From: Thermodesulfobacteriota bacterium | Lineage (GTDB): Bacteria > Desulfobacterota > Desulfobulbia > Desulfobulbales > DAOVYS01 | Length of the DNA: 43,652 nucleotides | Direction: 5' to 3' | NCBI GenBank assembly: GCA_034659175.1 | Contig: JAYEGR010000049.1 | Coordinates: forward strand, 1-43,652 | Shown: piece after piece, positions 24,695 to 34,059 of the stretch | Layout of the letters: every line of letters starts with the position of its first letter | Position numbering within the stretch: the first letter of the stretch is position 1 | Notes under the pieces: model-generated | Databases searched by the model: none | Told to the model about the DNA's origin: nothing | The model's input: the letters and a program-made list of their open reading frames with translations, nothing else | Program-made: the position numbers and the translations under genes

Positions 24695-27514
24695 AAAATA
24701 AAGCCTAGCTGGACTTTCGCCTTCCTTTTGATCCAGCTTGATTCCGTAGAGAAAACCTATAGGTCCTATCGGAGTGATGTACCTTAAGCCCCCTCCAACC
24801 GAGGAGCGTAATTCGTTATCCAACCCTGCCTTGTCATACGTTTCAGTCACACGTCCTACATCGTAAAACAGGGTGAGTTCAAAATTGCGGCATAGGTCGA
24901 TTCTTGCCTCCAGGCTTCCATTTATAGCTGTACGCCCCCCCACCGGATCTCTATTTGTATCATAACAGAGCATATTTTTTTCAAACCCGCGCACGTCCGA
25001 GATGCCGCCGAGAAAAAAAAGTTGGTCATCCGGGACGTTATTTTTTGAGTTGAACGGTTCGATGTGACCTACCCGGCCAAGGCACGCAAAGGTCAAAACA
25101 CGCAAGGGAGAAACATACCATCTAAAGTCAATACGGGATTTCAGAAAATCATCAAGAGAATTCGAAGCTCCCTTGGAGATACCGGCGGACAAGGATAAAA
25201 AGACTCCCTTTGCGGGACGGACAAAGGAATCCCTGGTATCGTAGCTGATGGAAGGTGTGGTTAACAGGAGGACTCTTGGTTTTAATTGGTCACTATTATG
25301 TTCAAGCGTCTCTGTTTCCGCCGTTCCTGAATCGCGTATGAATTGATCCCTGTATTCAAAATCAAAATTTAAGCCTGCGGCAAGGTATTGAGACCATTTT
25401 CGGGTAAATCCGAGGGAAGAACCATAGGCCATGGTTCCAAAATTTTGATTGAAATCCTCCTTTTGTTCTAAAAAAAGGCCGATGTCTGCGGAGATCCGTG
25501 AGCCCAGAAGCCTCGGTTCTTTGACTCCCATTTCAGCAAGATAGCCGGTTTGGCTCATCTCCCCTGCCAACCATCCGTCTTTATTTGCTCCAAAAAGATT
25601 ATGATCCCCGGCCTCTGCATTCATAAAAAAACCTTTTTCGCTTTCAAAGCCTCCACCCGCTTCGACAAAGTACGGTTTTTTTTCCTTAAACTCAACAAAG
25701 AGAGTGCTTTTTTCTTTTTTTTCCTTTAGTCCGATGGATTTAAACTGAACTGAGTCAAATATCTCCATATTTCGGAAGTTTTGTTGTGCTTGAACCATTT
25801 GTGTCAGAGAGAACGGGTCCCCCGGCTTTATCTCGATCTCGTTTTCCAGGATTCTTTCCCTGGTTCGAAAGTTGCCCTGATAGTATATCCGCCCTACTGT
25901 CACATATGGTCCTTTATCAACGCTATATATCACTTCGGCCCTGGATTGATCCCGGCTGATCGAGACTTCCCCTTTTACACTGACGTGGGGATAGCCTTTT
26001 TCAGAAACCAGGGAGGACAAGGCATTTTCATCACTTTGAACCATGTACTGCCGAAACGGCGCCCCCTCTTTCAGACGGATGGCTTCACAGGCCTCTTCCT
26101 CCGTGACAACCGTATTACCGCGGATGTCCACTGAAGAGACAAGCGTTTTGACCCCTTCTTCGATTTCGAGCCTGACAGCTACATTTTTTTTATCTTTGCT
26201 CCATGTCACTTTTTTTTTGACCTGTGCGTCCATATATCCTTGCTTGAGATAGAGTGATTTGATCGCAATCATGTCCTTTTCCAGGGTCTCAGGAATATAC
26301 ACACCCTTTTCAAGGAGTCCCGGCAATCGGGTCAGTATCTGTTTGCTTAGATCCTTGTCCTCTATGGCGTTATTTCCCGCAAGCTCGATTGAACGGACAA
26401 TCGAGCCAGGGCCTTCGTCAATAACAAGCCGGATTGCCCTGATGGTCTTGTCGCCATCGGTTTTTGTCTTGGTTTCAATATCTACCTTGGTCTCAAGATA
26501 GCCTGCCATCCTGTATCTATCCTTGATGTTTCCGACACTTTTCTTCAGCCCAAAATCGTTTTTGTTTCCATTATCAAAAAGTGCCATATCTTTTTCCAGG
26601 GTAAAGTCCCAAAACTCGTCATTACCGATAAATTCAATATCATACCGGGCCCCTTCATGAATTGTCACAAAGACTGAAACGCCTCGCCCCTTAACATTTT
26701 GTTCTGTCTTGAAATCGATCAGGACATCCGGGTACTTTTTCCGCCTGTAATATTGGGTCAGGTACTTTATGTCTTTTTTGAGATATTCTTCAATAAACCG
26801 ACCCGGACTTCCAATGAGCAACGATGCGCGCCAAATTTTCATTTTCAGCTTGAGCTTTGTGTCAGAGAATGCCCGATTCCCGGTGAATTCGAGCCGTTCA
26901 AGCGTATCATAAGGGCCTTTGTCGATTTTTACATGAACTACGAAAAAACCATCTGCTGAATCTTTGCCCGCGCTTAAATTAATCTTTGGACCAGGGAACC
27001 CTTCCCGCTGAAAAAGATTTTTAATCAACGCCTCTTGCTCGGACAGTTTCTTTTTAACATAAACGTCACCCGTATAGATGGTCATGTTATTGAGTATTTC
27101 TCGCGCAAAAAGGGGATATTGCCCGCTGATCTTGATGTCTTTGATTAATCGAAACGGAGTCAGGTGGAACATGATCGTGATTTGTTCCTGTTCCTCGACA
27201 GAATCCACATTGATTTTCCTAAATTTTTTAGACAATTTTAGTGCGTCAAGGGACTCTTGAAGGTCAATAGCTGAAAATCGGTCCCCTTTTCGAAGAAAGA
27301 TCAGGCTTTCGGCCATCTCGATCCAATCAGTTTTATCACCGGTAACATCGTGAATATCAACAAGAATTTTAGAGATAACCGGGGCATCAATTGACACAGC
27401 CCAAGAGTCTTTATCGTTTAATAATAATGCATGACCAAAGGCAGCAGACCCTGCAAATATGGACAGAAAACAGATAATAAATAAATTAATTTTAATAATC
27501 CATTTACAATGCAT
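24674..27514 (-). CDS. BamA/TamA-family outer membrane protein assembly factor (multi-POTRA Omp85)
   Basis: Signal peptide MHCKWIIKINLFIICFLSIFAGSAAFG after a GAGGAG RBS, so I use the start at 27514, not 27571. Repeated POTRA-like segments. The C-terminal beta-barrel ends in an aromatic residue (...LYFSFGYTF). Confidence 0.85.
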   Translation of the reverse strand: MHCKWIIKINLFIICFLSIFAGSAAFGHALLLNDKDSWAVSIDAPVISKILVDIHDVTGDKTDWIEMAESLIFLRKGDRFSAIDLQESLDALKLSKKFRKINVDSVEEQEQITIMFHLTPFRLIKDIKISGQYPLFAREILNNMTIYTGDVYVKKKLSEQEALIKNLFQREGFPGPKINLSAGKDSADGFFVVHVKIDKGPYDTLERLEFTGNRAFSDTKLKLKMKIWRASLLIGSPGRFIEEYLKKDIKYLTQYYRRKKYPDVLIDFKTEQNVKGRGVSVFVTIHEGARYDIEFIGNDEFWDFTLEKDMALFDNGNKNDFGLKKSVGNIKDRYRMAGYLETKVDIETKTKTDGDKTIRAIRLVIDEGPGSIVRSIELAGNNAIEDKDLSKQILTRLPGLLEKGVYIPETLEKDMIAIKSLYLKQGYMDAQVKKKVTWSKDKKNVAVRLEIEEGVKTLVSSVDIRGNTVVTEEEACEAIRLKEGAPFRQYMVQSDENALSSLVSEKGYPHVSVKGEVSISRDQSRAEVIYSVDKGPYVTVGRIYYQGNFRTRERILENEIEIKPGDPFSLTQMVQAQQNFRNMEIFDSVQFKSIGLKEKKEKSTLFVEFKEKKPYFVEAGGGFESEKGFFMNAEAGDHNLFGANKDGWLAGEMSQTGYLAEMGVKEPRLLGSRISADIGLFLEQKEDFNQNFGTMAYGSSLGFTRKWSQYLAAGLNFDFEYRDQFIRDSGTAETETLEHNSDQLKPRVLLLTTPSISYDTRDSFVRPAKGVFLSLSAGISKGASNSLDDFLKSRIDFRWYVSPLRVLTFACLGRVGHIEPFNSKNNVPDDQLFFLGGISDVRGFEKNMLCYDTNRDPVGGRTAINGSLEARIDLCRNFELTLFYDVGRVTETYDKAGLDNELRSSVGGGLRYITPIGPIGFLYGIKLDQKEGESPARLYFSFGYTF

Positions 27515-27533
27515 TGCTTGTTTTCTCCTCTGC

Positions 27534-30500
27534 CTAACGAAACTCAAGTCTAAACCGCAAATTTCCACCAAAAACCCCTTTGCTGTCCTGAAATCCGCCT
27601 ATCAGAATATGCTCAAGAAACTTGTATTCCGCAATTGCACGTTGACTTATTTCACCGTCCTCCATTTCCGTGGCGTATTTGACAGTTAGCCGCCTGGAAA
27701 GATTCTCACCGACCGTTATTTTGATGTTTTCTAAGGGTTCTTCATCCGTCTGAGTTTTGGTTTCCACCTCCAGAATATCAAGACCTGTAACGTCCTGGAT
27801 ATCCTCTCCGAATGTTGAGAAAATGAGCTCGGAAAGCATTTGAGTTGTAGTCTGAGATGCGCCTCCTTCCCCTTCAATAAGCTCATGCGTGGTTTTGCCA
27901 AAGACCAGGAGAGACAGGATGTCACCGTCTGTTTCCAATGGATCGGATGTGAGCTTAAAGACAAGCTGATCGAGCGCGCCGGAGATATTCAAATATATCA
28001 ACCAGTCTCTAATTTGAGTTTCACTTTTTATATCCAGGATCGGTTCGGTCTTGTAGGGATTCACAAAATCTATGGCCCCCCTTTTGACCACAAAGGTCTT
28101 TTGCTTATATTCGATTTTTCCGGATTCAATCTCGGCCCGGCCGCTGATGACCGGATTGTTCAGGTCTCCTGTAATGTGAAGATCAGGAGCAATCTCCAGA
28201 TGGGCGAGATTGTTGTCAACTATAAAGGGGTGCCGGTGTTTGACCGAGATGTCCATGGTTGTATTTTTGAGAAAGGGTTGCGTGAACTTCGTCGGCAGCG
28301 GTGCCTCTTCACGCTTTTTCTTTTGAACCGCATGGATTAGGTTCAAGTCCACATCCCTGTAATATGTCCCTTCAAGGATAACAATTTCTCCCTGAATTGT
28401 CGATTTATCCCGAGTTCCGCAAATCTTGAGTTCGGTGTTCAAGAGCATATCCACTGTGTCTGGAACTTGCAGGGGAAGCGCATTCGCGTTTACGTTCATA
28501 ATGACCTTGACAGGCTGAAAGGCCTTAAGGTCGATCTTGCCTGCCAAGTCAAACCGGCCGGCATCCAACCGGCCCTTAATCGGATCGACTGTAATGGTAT
28601 GTGAATTAAGGTGAATTCGACCGTTAAGATCGTGGATTTTCTGCAGGAGCGTGGGAACCGTAAATGCGATTTTTTCCAGCGCTATCTCGGCCTGGATATC
28701 CGGATGAGCATGGGTCCCTCCAATGGTGGCGGACAGGGCAAGGTCGCCTGTGGCATCAGAAAAACCCTCAACGAATAAACCCGCCGCCTCCAAAGGGATG
28801 CGCCCCTCCATCTGAAGGGCGAGCGGGCCGTTAAGTGTCCCTGTGCCTTTTATATCGATCTCACCTTTTTTGAAAAGAAAAAGGTGAGATAAAGGGATCG
28901 TGATCGTGTCCTTATCTAGAAAAATTTTGAGATTTTGGGCGTGGACAATCTCTTTGTCTTTGAAAAAAAGGGCCAGTTTCGAAAGATCCAGCGAGGCTTT
29001 CACATGATCCATTGATTTCACGTTTCCACCGGCTTTAATTTTTCCTGTCAGGGTAGCTTTTATATCCGGTTGATTTGCGATCTTAAAGTAAGGGGAAAGG
29101 TCGGTTTCATTAAATAAAATGGAGGCTGAGAAGTCCTTTTTAAAGACATGTATCCATCCCGCTCCATTAAAGGCAGACCCCTGGTTACAAATGGCAATTT
29201 GTGAAACCCGTAATATTCCCGCCTTATCCAGGCCGGCATTCAACCGGACTTTTCCGATCTTTATTTCTCGGAAACAAAGATCGTCTCCCTTTAGAACAAA
29301 ATCAAGAACCGGCTGTTTTATTGAGCCGGAAACATTGCCTTTTAATCCGAGTTTCCCATGGGCTTTTTGTACACCAATAGATGACAAAATACCGGTAATG
29401 CTTGGGGCGTCCAATGTGAGTGTTGCACCCAGTTCTTCGGAAGAGAGATCAATATGGCCGTTTGTCTGAAATTTGATGTCACCTGTTTCCACCACAAGGT
29501 CTTTGAGTGTTGCAACCCCTTGATTCAGGCTTGCCTCTGACTTCAGATGCACATCAATTGGAGCGGTGCCCGGACCGGCGGTGAAGTTTGTTACAGAAAG
29601 CTCCATTCCAATTCTTGCAGACAGGGTTTGAGGAGAAATTCCTTTTCCACAGACAGATAGAGATGACTGAACAATCCCTTCAACCGGTTTGACACCAGGG
29701 AACAACTCTTCAAGCCTTATTTTTTTTTGTCTTATAAAGGCATTGTACGATACGGCTTTCAGATCTCTTTGCGGGTCAAGAAATCCGTTCTTAAAGGCGT
29801 CTCGCAAATCTATTTCTCCTTGTATATTGAGATCTCCTGAAGCCACATGTGCCTGCAATTTGTTGAGGGTAAGGAATCGATTCAAAAGTCGGCAATCGAG
29901 GTCGATCCCGTCAACCTGTTGTCCTGAAATGATGCCTCCTCCGTAGGAAAGGCGCCATATAACCTGTGGATTATCCAGCGCGCCCCGGGCGTTCAATTGC
30001 ATTTCAACCTGACCTGTTGACATCGGTTTCAGACAAACGGCTTGTTGTATTTCGGCAAGAGAGGCGGAAAGGTCGAGTGTGAGGTCCATAATGGGCTTAT
30101 TAAAAACATCTCCTATGTTCCCGTATAGTGTAATCTCAGAAGATGTGGCGCCTGAGCACAAAACAAGGGGGTCGATCCGGCCATCCTTGAGCGTTGCCTT
30201 TAATTTAAACCGGTCGAATTCGGTTTGGATTTCAGAACCCTTCAAATGTCCTTTGCCAATGCAAAACAGGAGATTTCCCGATCGTTTCAAGAAATCCCCG
30301 TCAGCAGCGAGATCAATGTTGTCTGCCGAGGCATTTAGATTTTCAGCAACTGACTCAAAATGGACGGAACCTTGCACAAGTTTGAGGGACTTAAAAACAA
30401 TGTTGAAAGGGAACCCCATGCCTTTTTCCCTTTTTGTTTTTTGTCCCGTGGCCTTTGAAGCAGGAAATGCGCGCATCAGATTGATTTTGTTTTTTTTGTC

Positions 30501-30848
30501 CACGCGAATCGTGGCCCAGGGTTTCTCAATAATCAGAGTTCCAATCGTGAGTTCTCCCTTGAAGAGTGTGGGCCAAGTGAAATCGACAAAAAAACGATCG
30601 CAACCCGCCATATCTTTACCAAACGGATCCTTAAGCAACATACGCCTTAACTCGAACTCGCCTTTCAGTAATGAAAAATGAAGTCCTTCACATAAAACCG
30701 CGCCGGGAATCAGGTCGTTGACTCTATCCTGGATAAGACGCCGGGCATGATCCGTTTTCATGTAGGACAGGATTCCAATAAACAGAAAAAGGATCAGACC
30801 AAAGAGGATTACTGTGCCAACGAAAATTTGTTTGATGCGTCTCGTCAT
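27534..30848 (-). CDS. TamB-like translocation and assembly module protein (DUF490/AsmA-like)
   Basis: 1104 aa. N-terminal signal anchor, long beta-rich repetitive body, C-terminal DUF490-like region. Immediately upstream of the Omp85 gene. Confidence 0.8.
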   Translation of the reverse strand: MTRRIKQIFVGTVILFGLILFLFIGILSYMKTDHARRLIQDRVNDLIPGAVLCEGLHFSLLKGEFELRRMLLKDPFGKDMAGCDRFFVDFTWPTLFKGELTIGTLIIEKPWATIRVDKKNKINLMRAFPASKATGQKTKREKGMGFPFNIVFKSLKLVQGSVHFESVAENLNASADNIDLAADGDFLKRSGNLLFCIGKGHLKGSEIQTEFDRFKLKATLKDGRIDPLVLCSGATSSEITLYGNIGDVFNKPIMDLTLDLSASLAEIQQAVCLKPMSTGQVEMQLNARGALDNPQVIWRLSYGGGIISGQQVDGIDLDCRLLNRFLTLNKLQAHVASGDLNIQGEIDLRDAFKNGFLDPQRDLKAVSYNAFIRQKKIRLEELFPGVKPVEGIVQSSLSVCGKGISPQTLSARIGMELSVTNFTAGPGTAPIDVHLKSEASLNQGVATLKDLVVETGDIKFQTNGHIDLSSEELGATLTLDAPSITGILSSIGVQKAHGKLGLKGNVSGSIKQPVLDFVLKGDDLCFREIKIGKVRLNAGLDKAGILRVSQIAICNQGSAFNGAGWIHVFKKDFSASILFNETDLSPYFKIANQPDIKATLTGKIKAGGNVKSMDHVKASLDLSKLALFFKDKEIVHAQNLKIFLDKDTITIPLSHLFLFKKGEIDIKGTGTLNGPLALQMEGRIPLEAAGLFVEGFSDATGDLALSATIGGTHAHPDIQAEIALEKIAFTVPTLLQKIHDLNGRIHLNSHTITVDPIKGRLDAGRFDLAGKIDLKAFQPVKVIMNVNANALPLQVPDTVDMLLNTELKICGTRDKSTIQGEIVILEGTYYRDVDLNLIHAVQKKKREEAPLPTKFTQPFLKNTTMDISVKHRHPFIVDNNLAHLEIAPDLHITGDLNNPVISGRAEIESGKIEYKQKTFVVKRGAIDFVNPYKTEPILDIKSETQIRDWLIYLNISGALDQLVFKLTSDPLETDGDILSLLVFGKTTHELIEGEGGASQTTTQMLSELIFSTFGEDIQDVTGLDILEVETKTQTDEEPLENIKITVGENLSRRLTVKYATEMEDGEISQRAIAEYKFLEHILIGGFQDSKGVFGGNLRFRLEFR

Positions 30849-30966
30849 AAAATTATCTGTTGTCCATTAAAAAACATTGGTAACCGGTCAGAAAGGGGTC
30901 AGTAATTTAGCGATGTGGACGAACCCTAACCCAGATAAACTGGAATTCTTTAAAGGTCCTGGATAA

Positions 30967-31021
30967 GTACCTTAGAAAATATTTTCTGCCAGAAACGCGC
31001 AGAAAATATTTTCTAAGGTAC
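30967..31021. promoter_or_regulatory. perfect 23-bp-arm palindrome carrying two AGAAAATATTTTCT sites
   Basis: GTACCTTAGAAAATATTTTCTGC (30967-30989), a 9-nt spacer, then GCAGAAAATATTTTCTAAGGTAC (30999-31021). Each arm contains the self-complementary 14-mer AGAAAATATTTTCT. Confidence 0.7.
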
Positions 31022-31542
31022 TAAGCGCTAACAGTTGTTTAAGTGGATTACCCTCAGTAATCCGCGACAAACCAGAAAAATTAACCTTGCTCCTCCTGAT
31101 TTGAAACAGGCTGATTTTTTTGATAAAAATCGACCACGAGAAATACCGGAGAGCCAATATGATTGCTGCAATACTCAGTTGCACCGGTATATCAAAGGGT
31201 TGAGCAATTATTTATGCCATACTTTTTCATTTTTCAAAAGAAATTTTTTTTAACCGTTCAGAGGGGCACCCTTTGAACGGTTACGTTCAAGCTGTCCCGA
31301 GTCTGTCGGCGTAAAGAAAGCTCTTGGCAAGCGCCCTTAGTATTGATATTGTGCAATACAAAAAAGGTAATCGTTCCCCTGCGTCTCATTAATTCCTGCA
31401 TTAGTTTCTGTTTGCTTACAGCATTTAAATTTCAAAAATTGATAATTGATCTCAAACAGGAAGCCCTAACCCGGAGGGCGCTATGTTCTCCGGGTTAGGC
31501 GAATAGTCGGTTTAAGTTTGTATTTTTAAAGGAGCAAGGAAC

Positions 31543-33459
31543 ATGGCAAAAACAGTAACAGAAAAAATATTAAAAAATCACCTGGTTGAGGGTCGTATGG
31601 AAAAAGGTGAAGAGATCGGCATCCGCATTGATCAGACCCTGACCCAGGATGCCACAGGCACTATGGCCTATCTTGAATTTGAAGCAATCTCCATTCCAAG
31701 AGTTCAGACCGAGCTGTCGGTCTCTTATGTGGACCATAATCTGGTTCAGTCTGATTTCAGGAATGGTGACGACCATCGGTTCCTTCAATCCGTTGCCCGG
31801 AAATATGGTCTCTACTTTTCTCCCCCCGGGAACGGCATTTCCCACCAGATCCACCTGGAAAGATTCGGCAGGCCCGGCAGGACTCTCTTAGGTTCCGACA
31901 GTCATACTCCCACAGGCGGAGGTCTCGGCATGCTTGCAATAGGCGCCGGAGGGCTCGATGTGGCCATGGCAATGGCCGGAAAGCCATTCTTCATGATAAT
32001 GCCGAAGGTCTATGGCGTTAAACTGACCGGCCGATTGCCGGAATGGGTGTCAGCCCGGGACGTGCTTCTCGAACTGCTCAGGCAACTCTCCGTCAAGGGC
32101 GGTGTAGGATATGTCATGGAATATTTCGGCCCAGGCGTTAAAGAGTTATCTGTAACAGACCGGGCGGCCATAACCAACTTCGGTGCTGAACTGGGTGCCA
32201 CCACTTCGGTGTTTCCGTCGGACGAGAACACTAAAAAATTTCTGGAAAGTCAGGGACGGGGCGGCCTGTGGGAAGAGCTTGCAGCTGATGAAGGCGCCTG
32301 TTATGACAAGGTGATTGAGATTGATATGTCCACACTGGAACCGCTTATCGCCTGTCCCTCATCTCCGGATAACGTGGTAAAGGTCCGGGAAGTGGCCGGT
32401 AAGCCCGTGTTTCAGGTGCTGGTGGGCTCATGCTCCAATTCATCGTTGCGTGATCTGATGCTTGTCTCCAAGGCGCTGGATGGTAAACAGGTACACAATG
32501 ACGTGAGTTTCGAAATCAACCCGGGCAGCCGCCAGGTACTGGAAAACCTTACGGCCCAGGGATACATGCTCTCTCTGATCAAGGCCGGCGCCCGCATCCA
32601 TCAGGCAGGCTGCCTGGGATGTATTGGAATGGGACAGGCGCCGGCCACGGATACAATTTCACTAAGGACCTTTCCCCGGAATTTTCCCGGCCGCAGCGGG
32701 ACCAAAGACGACCGGGTTTATTTATGCAGTCCTGAAACCGCGGTTGCGTCGGCGCTCAAGGGGTGCATCACGGATCCGCGTGATCTGGGTGTATACCCTG
32801 AATTCAGTCTGCCTGAGAAGTATCTGCCCGGTGATCAACGGATCGAACCGCCGAAATCAGAGGGTGAAAGTACCATGATCATCCGTGGACCGAATATAGC
32901 GTCCTTCCCTGAGTTTGATCCTGTCCCCGAAACATGGGAAGGCACAGTGCTGTTAAAGACAGCGGATAATATTACTACTGATCACATCATGCCGGCAGGC
33001 GCTCAGATACTTCCGCTCAGGAGCAATATTCCAGCTATCAGTGAATTTGTATTTAACTCCATTGACCGGGAATTTGTTCAGCGGGCAAAGAGAGCAAGCA
33101 GCGGTATGGTTGTGGGAGGTGAGAACTATGGTCAGGGATCATCCAGGGAGCATGCCGCACTGGCACCGCGTTATCTTGGAGTGCGCGTAAAACTGGTCAA
33201 GAGCTTTGCACGCATTCATAAGGCAAATCTGATCAATTTCGGCATCCTGCCGTTTACCTTTACATCGGCTGAAGACTACGACATAATCGAGCAGGGTGCA
33301 AAGGCGGTTATTCCGGATCTAAGAAAAAATCTTGAATCCGGGGCAGAGGTCTTTGTGTTGGATGTAGCCGGCAATAAAATTAAAATCAGCCTGGATATCT
33401 CCACACGGCATCGTGAGATACTACTGGCAGGCGGTCTCCTGAACTGGGCAAGACAGTAA
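31543..33459 (+). CDS. aconitate hydratase (short ~640-aa aconitase family member)
   Basis: 638 aa. Aconitase catalytic and swivel domains with Fe-S Cys contexts (VGSCSNSS, GCLGCIGMG). GGAGCAAGG RBS region upstream. Confidence 0.9.
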   Translation: MAKTVTEKILKNHLVEGRMEKGEEIGIRIDQTLTQDATGTMAYLEFEAISIPRVQTELSVSYVDHNLVQSDFRNGDDHRFLQSVARKYGLYFSPPGNGISHQIHLERFGRPGRTLLGSDSHTPTGGGLGMLAIGAGGLDVAMAMAGKPFFMIMPKVYGVKLTGRLPEWVSARDVLLELLRQLSVKGGVGYVMEYFGPGVKELSVTDRAAITNFGAELGATTSVFPSDENTKKFLESQGRGGLWEELAADEGACYDKVIEIDMSTLEPLIACPSSPDNVVKVREVAGKPVFQVLVGSCSNSSLRDLMLVSKALDGKQVHNDVSFEINPGSRQVLENLTAQGYMLSLIKAGARIHQAGCLGCIGMGQAPATDTISLRTFPRNFPGRSGTKDDRVYLCSPETAVASALKGCITDPRDLGVYPEFSLPEKYLPGDQRIEPPKSEGESTMIIRGPNIASFPEFDPVPETWEGTVLLKTADNITTDHIMPAGAQILPLRSNIPAISEFVFNSIDREFVQRAKRASSGMVVGGENYGQGSSREHAALAPRYLGVRVKLVKSFARIHKANLINFGILPFTFTSAEDYDIIEQGAKAVIPDLRKNLESGAEVFVLDVAGNKIKISLDISTRHREILLAGGLLNWARQ

Positions 33460-33587
33460 AGGGCCACAGTCGGCGCATCCGGAGTCTCGCAGGCTCGCTT
33501 ACCTGCACGTGATCAGGGCGACCGGTATAGGTTACTATAACCGGGTCGCCCTGATCACGCACACCTGCACCGACTGTGGCCCTTTAC
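33456..33587 (-). mobile_element. palindromic MITE-like element, family B, copy B2
   Basis: Perfect 18-bp termini GTAAAGGGCCACAGTCGG / CCGACTGTGGCCCTTTAC. Inner GTGATCAGGGCGACC...GGTCGCCCTGATCAC hairpin. The CCGGAGTCTCGCAGGCTCGCTTACCTGC module is inverted relative to B1. The aconitase TAA stop (33457-33459) lies inside the terminus. Confidence 0.85.
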
Positions 33588-33658
33588 CTCTGAACCCGGC
33601 GGGTATAATTTTTTGTACTTTTTTATCTCTGGTTTCCTTGTCGATCTGATAAGTAACT

Positions 33659-33822
33659 TTAGGGCTCGCACAAAAATAACTTCACATTTTCATGCGCCGA
33701 TCCATCCCGCATGGCTGCGTTGCTCGTCGGTTAAATAGCCCTGCTATTCGCCCTTCTCGCGCCTTGCCATGCGGGCGCCTCAACACCTGAAAATATAAAT
33801 TTATTTTTGGGCGAACCCTTAA
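33659..33822. mobile_element. third palindromic repeat element (family E) with ~55-nt imperfect inverted termini
   Basis: The left end TTAGGGCTCGCACAAAAATAACTTCACATTTTCA...CCCGCATGGC pairs with the right end GCCATGCGGG...TGAAAATATAAATTTATTTTTGGGCGAACCCTTAA. A 20-nt copy of the terminus (TTAGGGCTCGCTCAAAAATA) occurs at 11156-11175. Confidence 0.6.
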
Positions 33823-34033
33823 ATCAAGGGGATAAATTTGGTTTATAGTGTGTACAGAAAAAATTGGTCGTGTATCCGGCTGATTTTGCCTGGAAAGGTG
33901 ATAGGTTGGGCAGAAATTGATTTGTACAGTAAAAAAAATTGTATTTTAGGTGGTGTGGAGAGAGGGGTTATTGTCTTTGGTAATTTGTTGGTATTACTGG
34001 AATTTTTCTGGATTTCGAGCTTTTTTAGGGGTT

Positions 34034-34049
34034 TGGCACGCAGTTTGCA
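34034..34049 (+). promoter_or_regulatory. sigma54 (-24/-12) promoter
   Basis: TGGCAC-GCAGT-TTGCA, an exact match to TGGCAC-N5-TTGCW. Two TGTACAG+A-tract boxes lie upstream at 33851-33857 and 33923-33929. Confidence 0.7.
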
Positions 34050-34059
34050 ATATTACATG

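Noticed and set aside
31252-31289. Three mutually exclusive pairing segments (CCGTTCA / TGAACGG / CGTTCAA) that resemble an attenuator or riboswitch expression platform.
   Set aside because: No U-tract follows either hairpin on either strand. No conserved aptamer-like sequence was recognised, and the distance to both flanking genes is large. The support is too weak.
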